Assembly: GCA_041687695.1 (NCBI GenBank)
Contig: JAWLBL010000019.1
Coordinates: forward strand, 96,001 to 160,000
Source of the DNA: Myxococcota bacterium
GTDB taxonomy: Bacteria; Myxococcota_A; UBA9042; PHBI01; JAWLBL01
Direction: 5' to 3'
DNA: 64,000 nucleotides
Shown: positions 30,432 to 41,261 of the stretch, one piece after another
How positions within the stretch are numbered: the stretch's first letter is position 1
How the letters are laid out: each line of letters starts with the position of its first letter
Position numbers and translations under genes: made by a program
Notes under the pieces: model-generated
Databases searched by the model: none
Seen by the model: only the letters and a program-made list of their open reading frames with translations
Told to the model about the DNA's origin: nothing

Positions 30432-31640
30432 ATGGCTTACTCGCAGACACGGATCGGCAGGGCTCGGATTCGCCCGCAGACCGATTGGGGCTTCGACAAC
30501 GCGGTGGCTGCGGGGTCGTTCGTCGCCGGGGACACGCTCGGCTGCGAGGTCTGGGTCCCCCAGCTGGTCGAGGAGGCGCTGCGGTCGGAGACCTTCAGGG
30601 GCGCGTTCCACGCCCACCGGGTCGTCGGCGGCTCGCGCAAGGGCGTGCAGATCACCGTCTCCATGCCGGCGCACGGGCTGTCCAGCTCGGCCCCGTCGGG
30701 TGAGCCGACCCGCACGCCGGACATCCTGCTGTTCGAGTCCGCCCTGGGGTTCGGGGCGGCGACGACGGCCGGGTTCGACGCCACCAACCTGGTCGGCGGG
30801 ACCGCTGCGAGCGTTCAGTGGACGGACGCCACCGGGCTGAACCCCGGTCAGGCGCTCCTGATCCCGCTCGCGTCGGGCCACTCGTTCGGGTGGCTGCAGA
30901 CGATCACCCCGGGGACGCCGGAAGAGCTCGTCCTGGTGACGGAGCTGTCGGGGGCTCCGGCGGCGAGCGGTCAGGTGTTTGGGTCCTACGGGGTCGCGCT
31001 GTCGACGGCGCAGTCGGCGCCGCTGAGCCTGCTGTGGGTGGGCTCGCGCGGTGAGCAGATCCGCCTGTACGACGGCGCGGTGAGCCAAGCGCAGCTGACC
31101 CGGGAGCCGTCGGGGCGGCTGATGATCTCGGCGACGCTCCAGTTCGGCGGCTGGATCGTCGACGCCGGTTCCGGGACCGCGCCCGGCCAGTATGCGTTCG
31201 GGCTCCCCGACCTGCCGGCGGCGATCGGGCGCAACGGGGCGCGCGTCATGGTGGACGGGGCGGCAATCCCGCTCTCGAGCTTCGAGCTGAGCATCACCAA
31301 CACGCTCGCCGAGGCCCCGGACATCGGCGCCCGTGAGGGCCTGGGCGCCTACGTGACGACGGACCGCGCGGTCCAGCTGACGGTGACGGGGCGCCAGCCC
31401 GACGTGTCGGCGCTCAGGAGCCCCGGTGACGAGCTCGGGACGGTCCAGGTCGACTGCGGGAACACGCCCGGCAAGGCGCTGAGCCTGCTGATGCCGGCGG
31501 CGGTCGTTCAGGAGTTCGAGCCGCTGCAGGACAGCGAGGGGGTCGTCGGCAACCAGCTGACGCTGGCCCCGGGCAACTACACGGGCGACGGCAGTTCGAC
31601 CGAGCCCGGCAACACCGTCTTCCGCATGGCGTGGAGCTGA
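30432..31640 (+). CDS. Putative major tail (tube) protein
   Basis: 402 aa, beta-rich; SFELSITNTL motif; upstream of chaperone and tape-measure genes. Confidence 0.6.
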   Translation: MAYSQTRIGRARIRPQTDWGFDNAVAAGSFVAGDTLGCEVWVPQLVEEALRSETFRGAFHAHRVVGGSRKGVQITVSMPAHGLSSSAPSGEPTRTPDILLFESALGFGAATTAGFDATNLVGGTAASVQWTDATGLNPGQALLIPLASGHSFGWLQTITPGTPEELVLVTELSGAPAASGQVFGSYGVALSTAQSAPLSLLWVGSRGEQIRLYDGAVSQAQLTREPSGRLMISATLQFGGWIVDAGSGTAPGQYAFGLPDLPAAIGRNGARVMVDGAAIPLSSFELSITNTLAEAPDIGAREGLGAYVTTDRAVQLTVTGRQPDVSALRSPGDELGTVQVDCGNTPGKALSLLMPAAVVQEFEPLQDSEGVVGNQLTLAPGNYTGDGSSTEPGNTVFRMAWS

Positions 31641-31641
31641 C

Positions 31642-32333
31642 ATGGCGATCCAGCTGATCCGTAAGACCGACACGGTGGCCCTGGTCTGCACGGCGGACGA
31701 ATCGGTCACCCTCCCCGAGGGCGCCTCGCGCGAGCCGGTCCAGTGGGTGGAGGCGGACAAGTTCCCCCACGGGGCCGACGCGACCGTGGTCACCATCCGT
31801 CCGCTCGTTCACCTCGAGGTCCACGGCCTCGCCGGGAGGGACTTCCAGGAACAGTGCCACCTGGCGGTGAGGGCCGGGCTGGTGAGCCTGTCGGGGGTGG
31901 AGACGCGCGACGAGGCGGTCGACGCTATCCCGTACAAGCTCGCCCCCTCGCTGGGGGCGGCGATCCTCTCCTACACGTTCGGGGCCGTCGACCCTTTCGG
32001 CCTGGTCGCGCCCGAACGGCGGTCTGGCTCGACCAGCTCCGGGCGCAAGGCCTCGCCGAGTGCGTCGACCAAGGGTGCTCGCCCGAGTGCGACACGAAAG
32101 AGGGTTGGTGGCTAGGCCGCGAGTGGACCTGCTGCCCGATCCGGGACCTGACCAGCGACCGTCACCTGATGGTCGCGCTGGACCTGGACGGGCTGGCTGG
32201 TCAGGGGCTCATCCGGCTGGACGCCGGGGAGTACGCGAGCTGGGTGATCGATGCGGTGCGGCTGATCCGCGCGAAGAGGGCTGACCGGGAGCGACACGAG
32301 CGCGAGCGGCTGAAGCGACAGGCGAGGGGGTGA
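31642..32333 (+). CDS. Tail assembly chaperone pair (G: 31642-32115; GT via -1 frameshift to 32333)
   Basis: In-frame slippery heptamer C CCT TTC at 31992-31998; -1 frame open to 32333, ending just before the tape-measure ATG. Confidence 0.75.
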
Positions 32334-32337
32334 CGAC

Positions 32338-34863
32338 ATGGCAGCCGGGAGAGTCGAGCTCGTCGTCCAGGCCGTCGCCGAAGATCGGATCACCGCCACC
32401 CTGAAGAGCACGTCCAAGGGCCTCGACCAGCTCCGGGAGAAGCTGAAGGACCAAGAGGAAGGGGCCGGGAAGGCGACGACCAAGTTCGGGAAGTTCACCG
32501 AAGGCCTGTCCGGGATCGTGGGCTTCGCGGGCAAGCTCGGGTTGCTGGGAGCGGCGGCCGGGGTCGCCTACAGGGCCGTCGGCGAGCTGGGCGAGGCGCT
32601 GGACGTGGTGGCCGGCGCGAAGGCGGCCGACCAGTTCGACGTGATGACGAAGTCGGTCAGGGGCTTCGAGAGCATCGTCGCGCAGGCGAAGGAGTCGACC
32701 GCCGGGATGATCCCCGAGGGGGAGATCATCCGAGGGGCGGCCCTCTTCAAGTCGTTCGGGTTGGACGTGAACCAGCTCCCGAAGGCGTTGGAGCAGGTCA
32801 GCAAGACGGCGGTGCGGACGGGGGAGGACGCCAAGTTCCTGGCGTCGTCGCTGGTCACCGGCATCTCGCGCATGTCGCCGATGATCTTGGACAACCTCGG
32901 CCTGACGGTGAAGCTGTCCGACGCCAACGCGCGGGCCGCCGAGATGTTCGGCAAGACCGCCGACGCCTTGGAGGACCAAGAGAAGAAGGCGGGGATGCTC
33001 GCCCTGGCGTTGGACCAGCTCGCCAAGGCGAACGAGCCGGTCGACCTGACCAACTCCCGAACCGCCAGTCTCGAGCGGCTGAGCGCCGGGTGGGAGAACC
33101 TGAAGGGGTCGATTCAGAGCCACCTGGCGGACGCGGCGGTGGCGGTCCTCGACTGGTTCACGACCAGCGACGAGAAGACCAAGATCCTGGTCAACGACAT
33201 CCGGGAGGTGTCGCCCGCGCTCCATGAGATGCAGGCGGCGGCTCGGCAGTCGTTCGACAGCTACATCGCGAGCGTCCAGCGGGCGATCGATCGCACCCGG
33301 GTCCTTCAGGAGATCCAGCTCGAGACCGGGAAGCGCCTCGCCGAGGGCGACGCCGATCGCATCGCTGCGGCCGAACAGGACGCGCGCGCCAAGGCGGCCG
33401 AGCAGTACGACGCCGAGCAGATCGAACGGGTCCAGGCGATCGCCCGGCTGGTGGAGTCGCGCCTCATCACCGAAGAGGAGGCGGCCAAGCGCATCAAGGC
33501 GATCGAAGAAGAGCGGGCGCGGGTGGTCAAACAGGCCGGGGATGCCTCGCGCCGGGTGACCTTCGATGCCCTGCAGGCGGAGGCGGCGCAGCGGGCGGCT
33601 CAGGAGGCGAAGAACAAGGCGCTCGCCGAGGAAATCAAGGCGCAGACCGAGATCAACGAGATGCTGAAGGGGCGCGGCCCCCTGTTGCTCGAGCTCGGCC
33701 GAGTGCAGGCGAAGCTCGCGCAGGCCGAAGGCCTCTCGGCGGAGGAGCGGCTGACGCTGCTTCAGGACGAGTCGCGCCTGATCGTTGAGGCCAAGCGAGA
33801 GCAGGACGCGCTCTACAAGGTGAAGGCGGGTGGGCTCCGGGCAGAGGGCGAGCTGATCGGCTCGAACCTGCGGCTGCAGAAGGCGCAGCTCGAGGCGCAG
33901 GTGAGCCTCACGGAAGAGCAGCGGCGGTCCGCTGCGATGCTCGCGTGGGAGATCCGCCTTCAGGAGATCGATGCCGACCTGCGCGCCCGGAAGGTCACGG
34001 CGGCGCGTGCCGAGTACGAGACCAAGCTGGCCGACCTGGCGCTCCAGAAGGAGCTGGCGAAGCTCGAGAAGGAGTCGACGGCGGCGGCCGAGAAGGCGGC
34101 GGCGAAGGAGGCGGAGAAGGTCGCCAGCCTGCAGACCGAACTCGCGCTCATGGGGGCGCGGAACGAGTCGGAGCGGGAGCTGATCCGGCTGCAGGCCGAG
34201 ATGGACCGGTTGCTCGCCAGCTCGGGGCCGATGGTCTCCGAGAGCGAGTCGCTCCAGCTGCAGATCCTGGCCGAGCGCATCGGCGCGGTTCACCGCGAGA
34301 TGGAGAACGCGAAGCTCGCCGACAGCTTCCGGGAGGTCGGGGACAGCCTCTCCTACGCCTTCGACAAGATCGGCCAGTTCAACGCCGAGCTGCCGGCGGT
34401 CGGCACGGCGATCCAGGACATCACGAAGGTCTGGGGCGACTACGCGACCGGACAGACGGGCGTCCAGGACGCGATCGTCGGCACCCTGGGGGTGCTCGGG
34501 CCGGCGACCGCCCAGTTCGTCGAGGACACCAAGACGAAGGCCGCGATCATGGCGGCGTTCGAGGCCGCGCAGGCGGTGGCCAGCTACCCGAACGTCCCGG
34601 CGATGATCGCCCACGGGGCGGCGGCGGCGATGTTCGGCCTGGTGGCCGGTGGGGTGATCCCCTCGACCGCAACCCCCAAGGGCGCCGCGACTCCGAAGAT
34701 GCCGACGCCGGAGCGTCAGCGCGAGCCGGGCGGCTCCGGCGGTCAGCGGACGGTCGTCGTCAACATTAACGGCGGGCTCTCGACCGCGCAGGACGTGGCG
34801 TGGGCGGTCCGCAAGGCCCTGTCGTCCACCGAGGGCACCGGACGCGAATCGGCGAGGTGGTGA
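32338..34863 (+). CDS. Tail tape measure protein
   Basis: 841 aa, Ala/Glu/Lys-rich helical; N-terminal VELVVQAVAED; ILDNLGL motif; C-terminal TVVVNING. Confidence 0.85.
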   Translation: MAAGRVELVVQAVAEDRITATLKSTSKGLDQLREKLKDQEEGAGKATTKFGKFTEGLSGIVGFAGKLGLLGAAAGVAYRAVGELGEALDVVAGAKAADQFDVMTKSVRGFESIVAQAKESTAGMIPEGEIIRGAALFKSFGLDVNQLPKALEQVSKTAVRTGEDAKFLASSLVTGISRMSPMILDNLGLTVKLSDANARAAEMFGKTADALEDQEKKAGMLALALDQLAKANEPVDLTNSRTASLERLSAGWENLKGSIQSHLADAAVAVLDWFTTSDEKTKILVNDIREVSPALHEMQAAARQSFDSYIASVQRAIDRTRVLQEIQLETGKRLAEGDADRIAAAEQDARAKAAEQYDAEQIERVQAIARLVESRLITEEEAAKRIKAIEEERARVVKQAGDASRRVTFDALQAEAAQRAAQEAKNKALAEEIKAQTEINEMLKGRGPLLLELGRVQAKLAQAEGLSAEERLTLLQDESRLIVEAKREQDALYKVKAGGLRAEGELIGSNLRLQKAQLEAQVSLTEEQRRSAAMLAWEIRLQEIDADLRARKVTAARAEYETKLADLALQKELAKLEKESTAAAEKAAAKEAEKVASLQTELALMGARNESERELIRLQAEMDRLLASSGPMVSESESLQLQILAERIGAVHREMENAKLADSFREVGDSLSYAFDKIGQFNAELPAVGTAIQDITKVWGDYATGQTGVQDAIVGTLGVLGPATAQFVEDTKTKAAIMAAFEAAQAVASYPNVPAMIAHGAAAAMFGLVAGGVIPSTATPKGAATPKMPTPERQREPGGSGGQRTVVVNINGGLSTAQDVAWAVRKALSSTEGTGRESARW

Positions 34864-34867
34864 CGCG

Positions 34868-36493
34868 ATGGCGACGATCTACATCGATACGGTCGCGGGC
34901 TCGGACGCTTCGCCTGACGCCACCAACCCGGCGACGCCGGTGCAGACGATCGGCGAGGCGCAGACCCGGGCCACTGTCGGTGACAGCACGTTCGGGTCCG
35001 GCGACACCATCAAGTACCTGAACGCCGGCCCGGTCCCCCCGATCCCGATCAGCACGAAGGCCGGGCTCACCTACGAGGCGGCCGACGGCGGGACTGAGGT
35101 CGACGCGACCGGGCAGAGCAGGGGGGTCTACCTCTACAACGGCCAGACCGCGCGCGGCTTCACGGTCCACTCGTCGACCGGCGACGGCATCGTGGGCTAC
35201 ACAGCATCGACCAGCGCCCGGCGGGTTCGCGCAGTCGATTGCACCGCCCACGGGAACGCCGGCCATGGCTTCTCCATCGTGGCGCCGGAATCGGAGATCC
35301 ACCGCTGCATCGCCCACGACAACGGCGGGCGCGGGTTCCAGACCGGCAACAACGGCTCCTACACGCTCTCCGTGGTGCTCGCGTTCGACAACGGGACCGG
35401 GGGCGTGCGGGTCAGCGGCGCGGGGGCCGTGCTCGAGCACGCGACCGCCTTCGGGAACGCGGGCGCCACCTACGCGATCGAAGTCAGCTCGAACGCGGTG
35501 GCGCGCAGCTGCATCGCCGTCGACAACCCGACCGCCTACGGGATCGGGTCCGACCTGGACGACGTGACCAACAGCTGGTCGTTCAGCTCGAACCGGTCGC
35601 TCTACCACACGACGGCTGACTTCTTCGGCGGCGCGACCCCCACCGGCTGCGGGACCACGGACCCGCTGCTGACGGACCCGTTGGCGGGCGACTTCACCCT
35701 GCAGGTGGGCTCGCCCTGCATCGGGACCGGCGTCACCGGGCTGGCGACGGTCGACCTGGCCGGCGTCGACTTCACGGACCCACCTTCGATGGGGGCCTAC
35801 GAGGCGGCGCTGCCGCCGGACCCGCGCAACCGCTGGGACCCCCGGGTGGCGGGCCTGTACGAGGTCACGTCGGGCTGGTCGGGCTCCGTCAAGGTGACCG
35901 TCGACGGCGCCGAGACCTCCGTCACCCCGAGGGCGCGAACCAGCGCGGCCGAGGTCTGGGAAGCGGTGCTCGCGCGGGTCCGGCGCCTTCACGGGGAGGC
36001 GACCCCCTGGGAGGCCTGGGCCGACGCCACGGGGAAGCTGACCCTGGTCGGAGAGGAACTGACCGAAGCGGGGTTCAGGCTGGCCTTCACCGGCAACGCC
36101 GGAGAGCGGCTGGGGTTCGATGAGTCAGGCTACGAGGGCCAGCTCCAGTACACGTCCGAGGCCGGCCCGGACGGGCTCGCCGCGTTCGGGGTCGACCTGA
36201 TCGCCGACGGGGCGCCGGCAGTGGCGTTGGCTGAGGCGGCGGCAGTCGCCGATGGGTCGCTCGCCCCGAGCACGCGGAACACGGCCAGCACGGTCACGCT
36301 TTGGGTCTACGACGCGGCGGTGACCGCGTTCGGCTACCGGGCCTTGGTCGGGCGGGTGTTCGACATCCTCGGGCCGGGCGCTCGTTGGTTGGGGCGGCTG
36401 CAGGTGCGCGGGCATCGGGTGGTGAAGCGGGGGCAGTCGTCGGGCGCGCCGGTCATGCTGGCGGAGCTGCGCTGCGAGGCGGTGGCCCTGTGA
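34868..36493 (+). CDS. Tail protein with parallel beta-helix domain
   Basis: Repeats AHGNAGHGF, AHDNGGRGF, AFDNGTGG, AFGNAG; DFTLQVGSPCIGTG...MGAYE cap motif. Confidence 0.65.
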   Translation: MATIYIDTVAGSDASPDATNPATPVQTIGEAQTRATVGDSTFGSGDTIKYLNAGPVPPIPISTKAGLTYEAADGGTEVDATGQSRGVYLYNGQTARGFTVHSSTGDGIVGYTASTSARRVRAVDCTAHGNAGHGFSIVAPESEIHRCIAHDNGGRGFQTGNNGSYTLSVVLAFDNGTGGVRVSGAGAVLEHATAFGNAGATYAIEVSSNAVARSCIAVDNPTAYGIGSDLDDVTNSWSFSSNRSLYHTTADFFGGATPTGCGTTDPLLTDPLAGDFTLQVGSPCIGTGVTGLATVDLAGVDFTDPPSMGAYEAALPPDPRNRWDPRVAGLYEVTSGWSGSVKVTVDGAETSVTPRARTSAAEVWEAVLARVRRLHGEATPWEAWADATGKLTLVGEELTEAGFRLAFTGNAGERLGFDESGYEGQLQYTSEAGPDGLAAFGVDLIADGAPAVALAEAAAVADGSLAPSTRNTASTVTLWVYDAAVTAFGYRALVGRVFDILGPGARWLGRLQVRGHRVVKRGQSSGAPVMLAELRCEAVAL

Positions 36494-37155
36494 GGTACCT
36501 GATCGGATGGCTCGACAGCGGCTTGCCCGGCTACCGGTCGCTGACCATCGGAGGGACCGGGCACACGATCCCCGACGCCTACCAGCGGGTGACGGAGGCG
36601 GTCGACGCCCTCTCGAGCGAGCTGGCGGCGTCCGGGTGGAGCGCCGAGGTATTGGCGAACGGCCGCGTCAGGCTCACCGGCTCATCGGCCGACCTGACCT
36701 GGCCGGACCGGCTCGGATGGCTGTTGGGGTTCGAGACCGAACCCGGCGACAGCGACACCGGGAAGACCTCGTTGACGAGCTCGTCGGTCCCGCCCGGGAT
36801 CGTCCCGCTCTACGGGGCCGACGTGGAGGCGGTCGACCTGACGCAAGAGGAAGACCTGAGCGTGGATCGCCACCTTCGCGGGCACGGTTACGTGTGGGGC
36901 GGGGCGGCGGTCTGGCGGGTTCGTGCGATGGCGTCGGCGGAGGCGGTTCGCGCCCTGAAGGCGGGATGGGTCCTCAGGGGAAAGGTCACGCTGAGCCCGA
37001 CCTTGCACCCCGCGACCGCCGGGGCCTGGGACGCGGAGACCAACCCGGGCGGCTACTTGGACGGTCACGTCATGGGGTTGGAGTCGCTGACCTGGCGCGG
37101 TGACGCGCGGCTGGTCGCCGACCTGACCCTGCTGTTGGTGAGGGAACCCGCATGA
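36490..37155 (+). CDS. Putative tail protein
   Basis: GTGA-coupled ORF in tail module. Confidence 0.55.
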   Translation: MRYLIGWLDSGLPGYRSLTIGGTGHTIPDAYQRVTEAVDALSSELAASGWSAEVLANGRVRLTGSSADLTWPDRLGWLLGFETEPGDSDTGKTSLTSSSVPPGIVPLYGADVEAVDLTQEEDLSVDRHLRGHGYVWGGAAVWRVRAMASAEAVRALKAGWVLRGKVTLSPTLHPATAGAWDAETNPGGYLDGHVMGLESLTWRGDARLVADLTLLLVREPA

Positions 37156-39689
37156 CGGACGCGACGTTCAGCCGAGCCCTCCAGCGGGGCCATTCGACCG
37201 TCTACAGCCTGACCATCGAAGGCATCCCCTACGTGTGGGTGGAGCGGGAGTACCAGCAGACTTCGGCGTCGGGGGCACCGGCGGTGCCGGCCGGCTATCT
37301 GGGGGCGGTGCCGGCGCTGTTGGTCGACGACGGCCAGAGCATCAGCGTGGAGCTGAAGCGCGAGAGCGGGATCGCCTCGGGGAAGGCCTGGGACATCGTC
37401 CTGAGCTTCGCGGCCCTGGAAGACGCGGAGCTGCTGTCGACGTTGTTCCGCCGGCCGGAGGGGCGGGCGCAGCTGACGGCGGACGTGGCGGGCGACGACA
37501 CCGTCCTGACGGTCGACGACACGGCCGAGGTCGACGACGCCACGCACCTGTACCTGGGGCGCGAGTGCCTGGCCGTCTCGGGGTCGACGGCGACGACCCT
37601 GACCGTCACGCGGGGCGTCGTCGGGTACCCCTACGCCTATCAGGCGCAGAGCCCGTCCAGCTACCGATGGGTGACGACCAGCCCGACCGTCTGGAAGGGC
37701 CGGCTGGTGACGCTGACGGAGCACCTGGTCTCGCCGGAGGGCCGGCTACTCGACGGGACGGTGGGGCAGGTCGGGGACTACTCGCGGGTGCTCTGGCGGG
37801 GCTACCTGGACGGCACCCCGAAGGTGACCGCGAAGGGGATGCAGCTGCGGGCGCAGGCGCTGGTGCGGCTGGCCTCGCAGGACATCGGGTTCGAAGTGTC
37901 GCTCGAGACGGCGACAAGCCTCACCGGGTCGATGTTCGAGCACCACCTGGACTACCCGATCGTGGTCACGTCGGCCGACACGGTCCGGGTCCGCATCGTG
38001 TGGGACGAAGGGCTCAACTCGGGCGACAACGTCTACACGGTCCCGCAGCTGGACCCGTCGTTCACCCCGACGGTGATGACGTACAGCGAATGGTGGGACC
38101 TGGTTCGGGCGGACCTCGAGGCCCTGGTCGCGCTGGAACCGTGGTTCAAGGGGCCTGGCTCGCTGTTCGGCTACCACACGTTCCACGAGATCGGCCCCGG
38201 GAAGGTCGACCATTCCAACCTCATCCTGAAGGAGGATGGGTACGCGCTCGCGGTGACGGTCACGGCCGATGAGGGACGGTGCTACTGGTACGAGCCCGGC
38301 GCCTACCTGGGCTCCGTCTCGCACACGACGGTCATGGGGGACCTGCACATCCCGGTGGGGCCGACGTTGGGGACGGGCTGGCTGCCCGTGCGGGTGATCG
38401 CCGGGGAGGGGATTCAGGACTACGACATCGGGGACAGCGGGATCGGCGTCGTCGACGGTGACCCGAAGGAGATCCTCCGATGGTCGGAGGCGCTCGACCT
38501 GGGCAGCGACACCATCCGAATGATCTACATCGCCGAGCGGACGATGAACCTCACGGAGCCGGCCGAGCTGTGGGCGGACGGGGTGAGGATCAAGGCGCTG
38601 TCCGGCTACTCGGGGACGCTGATGGATGGTCTGCTGACCCTGTTGACCAGCTCGGGGACCGGGCTGCGCTCGGCCACCTGGGACACCTTGGAACTCGGGA
38701 TGGGGCTCGGGGTCCCGGAGGCGATGATCGATGTCGACGGCGACGGGGTCACCGCGATCAAGGGCGGGCTCGAGGCGCACGCGGAGCTGGACCCCACCGC
38801 CATCCTGGTCGCCGAGGGGCGCAGCTCCATCGAATCGCTCGCCGGTGGCTGGTTGTCGCTGTCGGGGCTCTGCCTGTCGCAGGCGGACGGGCTTCTGACG
38901 ATGGTGGAGACGGATCCGGCCGATGACCCCGACGCGGTGGTGATCACGGCCGACGATGTCCTGGTCGAACGCCTCGAGCCAGAGGCGGAGGTCGACACCC
39001 CGAACGAGGTGCGGATCGACCCGAGCGGGATTGGGGTGGAGCGGACGCAGCTCCTGTTCCGGGACACGACCTCGGTTCAGGCGGAGGCGCCTCGGACGCG
39101 CGACCTGTCGGTTCCCGGGATTGACCCCATCCTGGCGGCCGTCTACGCCCACGGGCTGATCTCTCGCGGGCTCGGCCAGAGCATCGTCCGGCTTCGCCTC
39201 GCCCCGTGGGCGCGGGTTCAGCCGGGCCAGCGGGTCCGGCTCTCGCTGTCGCACCCGATGCTCTACGACTGGAACGTCGGGGCGCGGGGGCCGGCGGTGG
39301 TGAACGCGCTCGCGCTGGGCGTCGAGACCAACCTGGTCGACGGCACGCACGCGGCGACCTTCATCCTGGCCGGGCTGCAGGACGTGGCCCGCTACCTCTG
39401 CCCGTGCGCCGAGGTAGCGACGGTCGACACGGTCCGGGACGTGACGGTCGACGAGCCCCAGTGGTTCGCGGTCGATGACGTGGTCACGCTCTACACGCCG
39501 GGCGCCGAAGCGAGCGAGCAAGTCACGCGGACCGTGACGGCCATCGCGGGCGCGACGCTGACGTTCGACGCCGACCATCCGGCCTGGCTGGCGTCCGGCG
39601 CCATCGTCACGTACCCGCCGCACGGGGCCGCGAACGACGACCAGCGGACCCACGCCTACGTGCGACCCGACACCCACTGGAGCGCGTGA
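37152..39689 (+). CDS. Putative tail tip/baseplate protein
   Basis: 845 aa, coupled to neighbours, position in tail module. Confidence 0.6.
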   Translation: MTDATFSRALQRGHSTVYSLTIEGIPYVWVEREYQQTSASGAPAVPAGYLGAVPALLVDDGQSISVELKRESGIASGKAWDIVLSFAALEDAELLSTLFRRPEGRAQLTADVAGDDTVLTVDDTAEVDDATHLYLGRECLAVSGSTATTLTVTRGVVGYPYAYQAQSPSSYRWVTTSPTVWKGRLVTLTEHLVSPEGRLLDGTVGQVGDYSRVLWRGYLDGTPKVTAKGMQLRAQALVRLASQDIGFEVSLETATSLTGSMFEHHLDYPIVVTSADTVRVRIVWDEGLNSGDNVYTVPQLDPSFTPTVMTYSEWWDLVRADLEALVALEPWFKGPGSLFGYHTFHEIGPGKVDHSNLILKEDGYALAVTVTADEGRCYWYEPGAYLGSVSHTTVMGDLHIPVGPTLGTGWLPVRVIAGEGIQDYDIGDSGIGVVDGDPKEILRWSEALDLGSDTIRMIYIAERTMNLTEPAELWADGVRIKALSGYSGTLMDGLLTLLTSSGTGLRSATWDTLELGMGLGVPEAMIDVDGDGVTAIKGGLEAHAELDPTAILVAEGRSSIESLAGGWLSLSGLCLSQADGLLTMVETDPADDPDAVVITADDVLVERLEPEAEVDTPNEVRIDPSGIGVERTQLLFRDTTSVQAEAPRTRDLSVPGIDPILAAVYAHGLISRGLGQSIVRLRLAPWARVQPGQRVRLSLSHPMLYDWNVGARGPAVVNALALGVETNLVDGTHAATFILAGLQDVARYLCPCAEVATVDTVRDVTVDEPQWFAVDDVVTLYTPGAEASEQVTRTVTAIAGATLTFDADHPAWLASGAIVTYPPHGAANDDQRTHAYVRPDTHWSA

Positions 39690-40678
39690 TGGCCTACGAC
39701 GTGATCAAGTACGGGACGCTCGCGGGCGGGCTTCGGGGGAACGCTCCGGCGTGGGGGCGCCTCGTCGCGAACCACGACGCGCTGTACGAGGCCTACGCCC
39801 CACCGATCACATATGGGGCGTCGTCGGAGGCGGACCCCCTCGTCGTCGCCGACACCGCCGACGCGAGCCTGTCGGAGACGTACCAGCCGTACCTCCGCTG
39901 GATCGTGCCTCGGGACCTGGACAACGTCCCGGTGGCGGTGACGGTGATCGCGCGCTGCACAGCAAACCAGGTGGGGGTGAAGCTGGTCAGCGGGGCGAAC
40001 GAGGACTCCATCGGGGTGGCGTCCCCGACGTGGATCGTCTTCACCCTGACGGTCACCCCGGACGGGTCGCCGGGGCCGGCGCCGCTCTACGGGCGCGAGG
40101 TGCGCCTTGAGATGGCGGCGACTACCGAGCTGGCGACGGCCGCCGACATCCTGACGGTGAGCGCGCACTACGCCCCGACCAGCGTCCCGTCCGGCGTCCA
40201 ACCGTCGGGCTGGGCACGCATGGCAAGCTCGCCGGTGACGGACGCTGACGAGCCGCTGACCAGCGAGAGGGTGGCGCGGCTGATCAACGGGCCGGTCTAC
40301 CTGGCGAAGGACCGGCCGGCCTGCGTGGCGTCCATGCTGCAGGACACGGCGGACGCCAACCGGGGCGGCGGTCGCTGGTCGACCCTCTCGAGCGACTGGG
40401 TCACGGCCGGCAAGGTCTCCATCCCCCCGCAGCCCAAGGGGACGCCCCCGATGGTCTACGGGGTCGCGGTCTACACCGGCGGCGACGACACGGAGCTAAA
40501 CCTCACGGTGCCCGGGACTTCGGCCGGCCTGTCGTTCAGCGGGGCAGGGTGGAGCTACGCGACGTTCGCGCACAACAACCCGGGCGCCCCCCTCAGCGGG
40601 TTGGTCCGGCTCCGAACCACGGGCATCAAGGCGAGCCTGCACACGCTGCAGGTGTTCCGCATCGGCGAGGTGAGCTGA
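39686..40678 (+). CDS. Putative tail-associated protein
   Basis: 330 aa, beta-rich, coupled ORF. Confidence 0.55.
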   Translation: MMAYDVIKYGTLAGGLRGNAPAWGRLVANHDALYEAYAPPITYGASSEADPLVVADTADASLSETYQPYLRWIVPRDLDNVPVAVTVIARCTANQVGVKLVSGANEDSIGVASPTWIVFTLTVTPDGSPGPAPLYGREVRLEMAATTELATAADILTVSAHYAPTSVPSGVQPSGWARMASSPVTDADEPLTSERVARLINGPVYLAKDRPACVASMLQDTADANRGGGRWSTLSSDWVTAGKVSIPPQPKGTPPMVYGVAVYTGGDDTELNLTVPGTSAGLSFSGAGWSYATFAHNNPGAPLSGLVRLRTTGIKASLHTLQVFRIGEVS

Positions 40679-40679
40679 G

Positions 40680-41261
40680 ATGGTGACGAAGGCCCCGCTC
40701 GCGACGCCCCTTTCGATGATGGCGCCGGTCGCGCTGACGGACCGGGCGCTCGCCCGCGTGACCCACCTGGCCTACGCAGACATCAACCAACACACGCTGG
40801 CGACCGCGTTCGGTGGACCGGCGACCTGGCTCCCGGTGGACCTCGAGTGCTCGTCACCGGGCGTGCCGACGACCGGCCAGCTCCTGTACCGGGTTCCGCT
40901 CGGGGTGACGCACTTGAAGGTGCGGGCGCGGGTCCAGGGCAGGGGGACGCTGCGCGTGACGAGCACCGACCTGGCCGGCGTCGACCTGGACGCGGAGGGC
41001 GCGCTTTTCAGCTGGTACACCGACGAGATGGACCCGTCGCTGCTGACGGTCGAGTTCGGGATGTCCGTCTCGACGACCAAGCTGGACGACACGGCGACGG
41101 ACGCGCGACGGCACCTGATCGTGTCGGCGTCCAGCGCGATGGCCTGGCAGGACGTGATCCTTCACCTGTCGCTGGACGCGGCGACGGCGGACGTTCACGA
41201 GTTCGCGAAGCTCTACAGCCTGGCTCTCGAGCCGCTGCACCCGCTGCTGGCGGCCAGCTAG
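40680..41261 (+). CDS. Putative tail-associated protein
   Basis: 193-aa ORF continuing the late operon. Confidence 0.5.
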   Translation: MVTKAPLATPLSMMAPVALTDRALARVTHLAYADINQHTLATAFGGPATWLPVDLECSSPGVPTTGQLLYRVPLGVTHLKVRARVQGRGTLRVTSTDLAGVDLDAEGALFSWYTDEMDPSLLTVEFGMSVSTTKLDDTATDARRHLIVSASSAMAWQDVILHLSLDAATADVHEFAKLYSLALEPLHPLLAAS

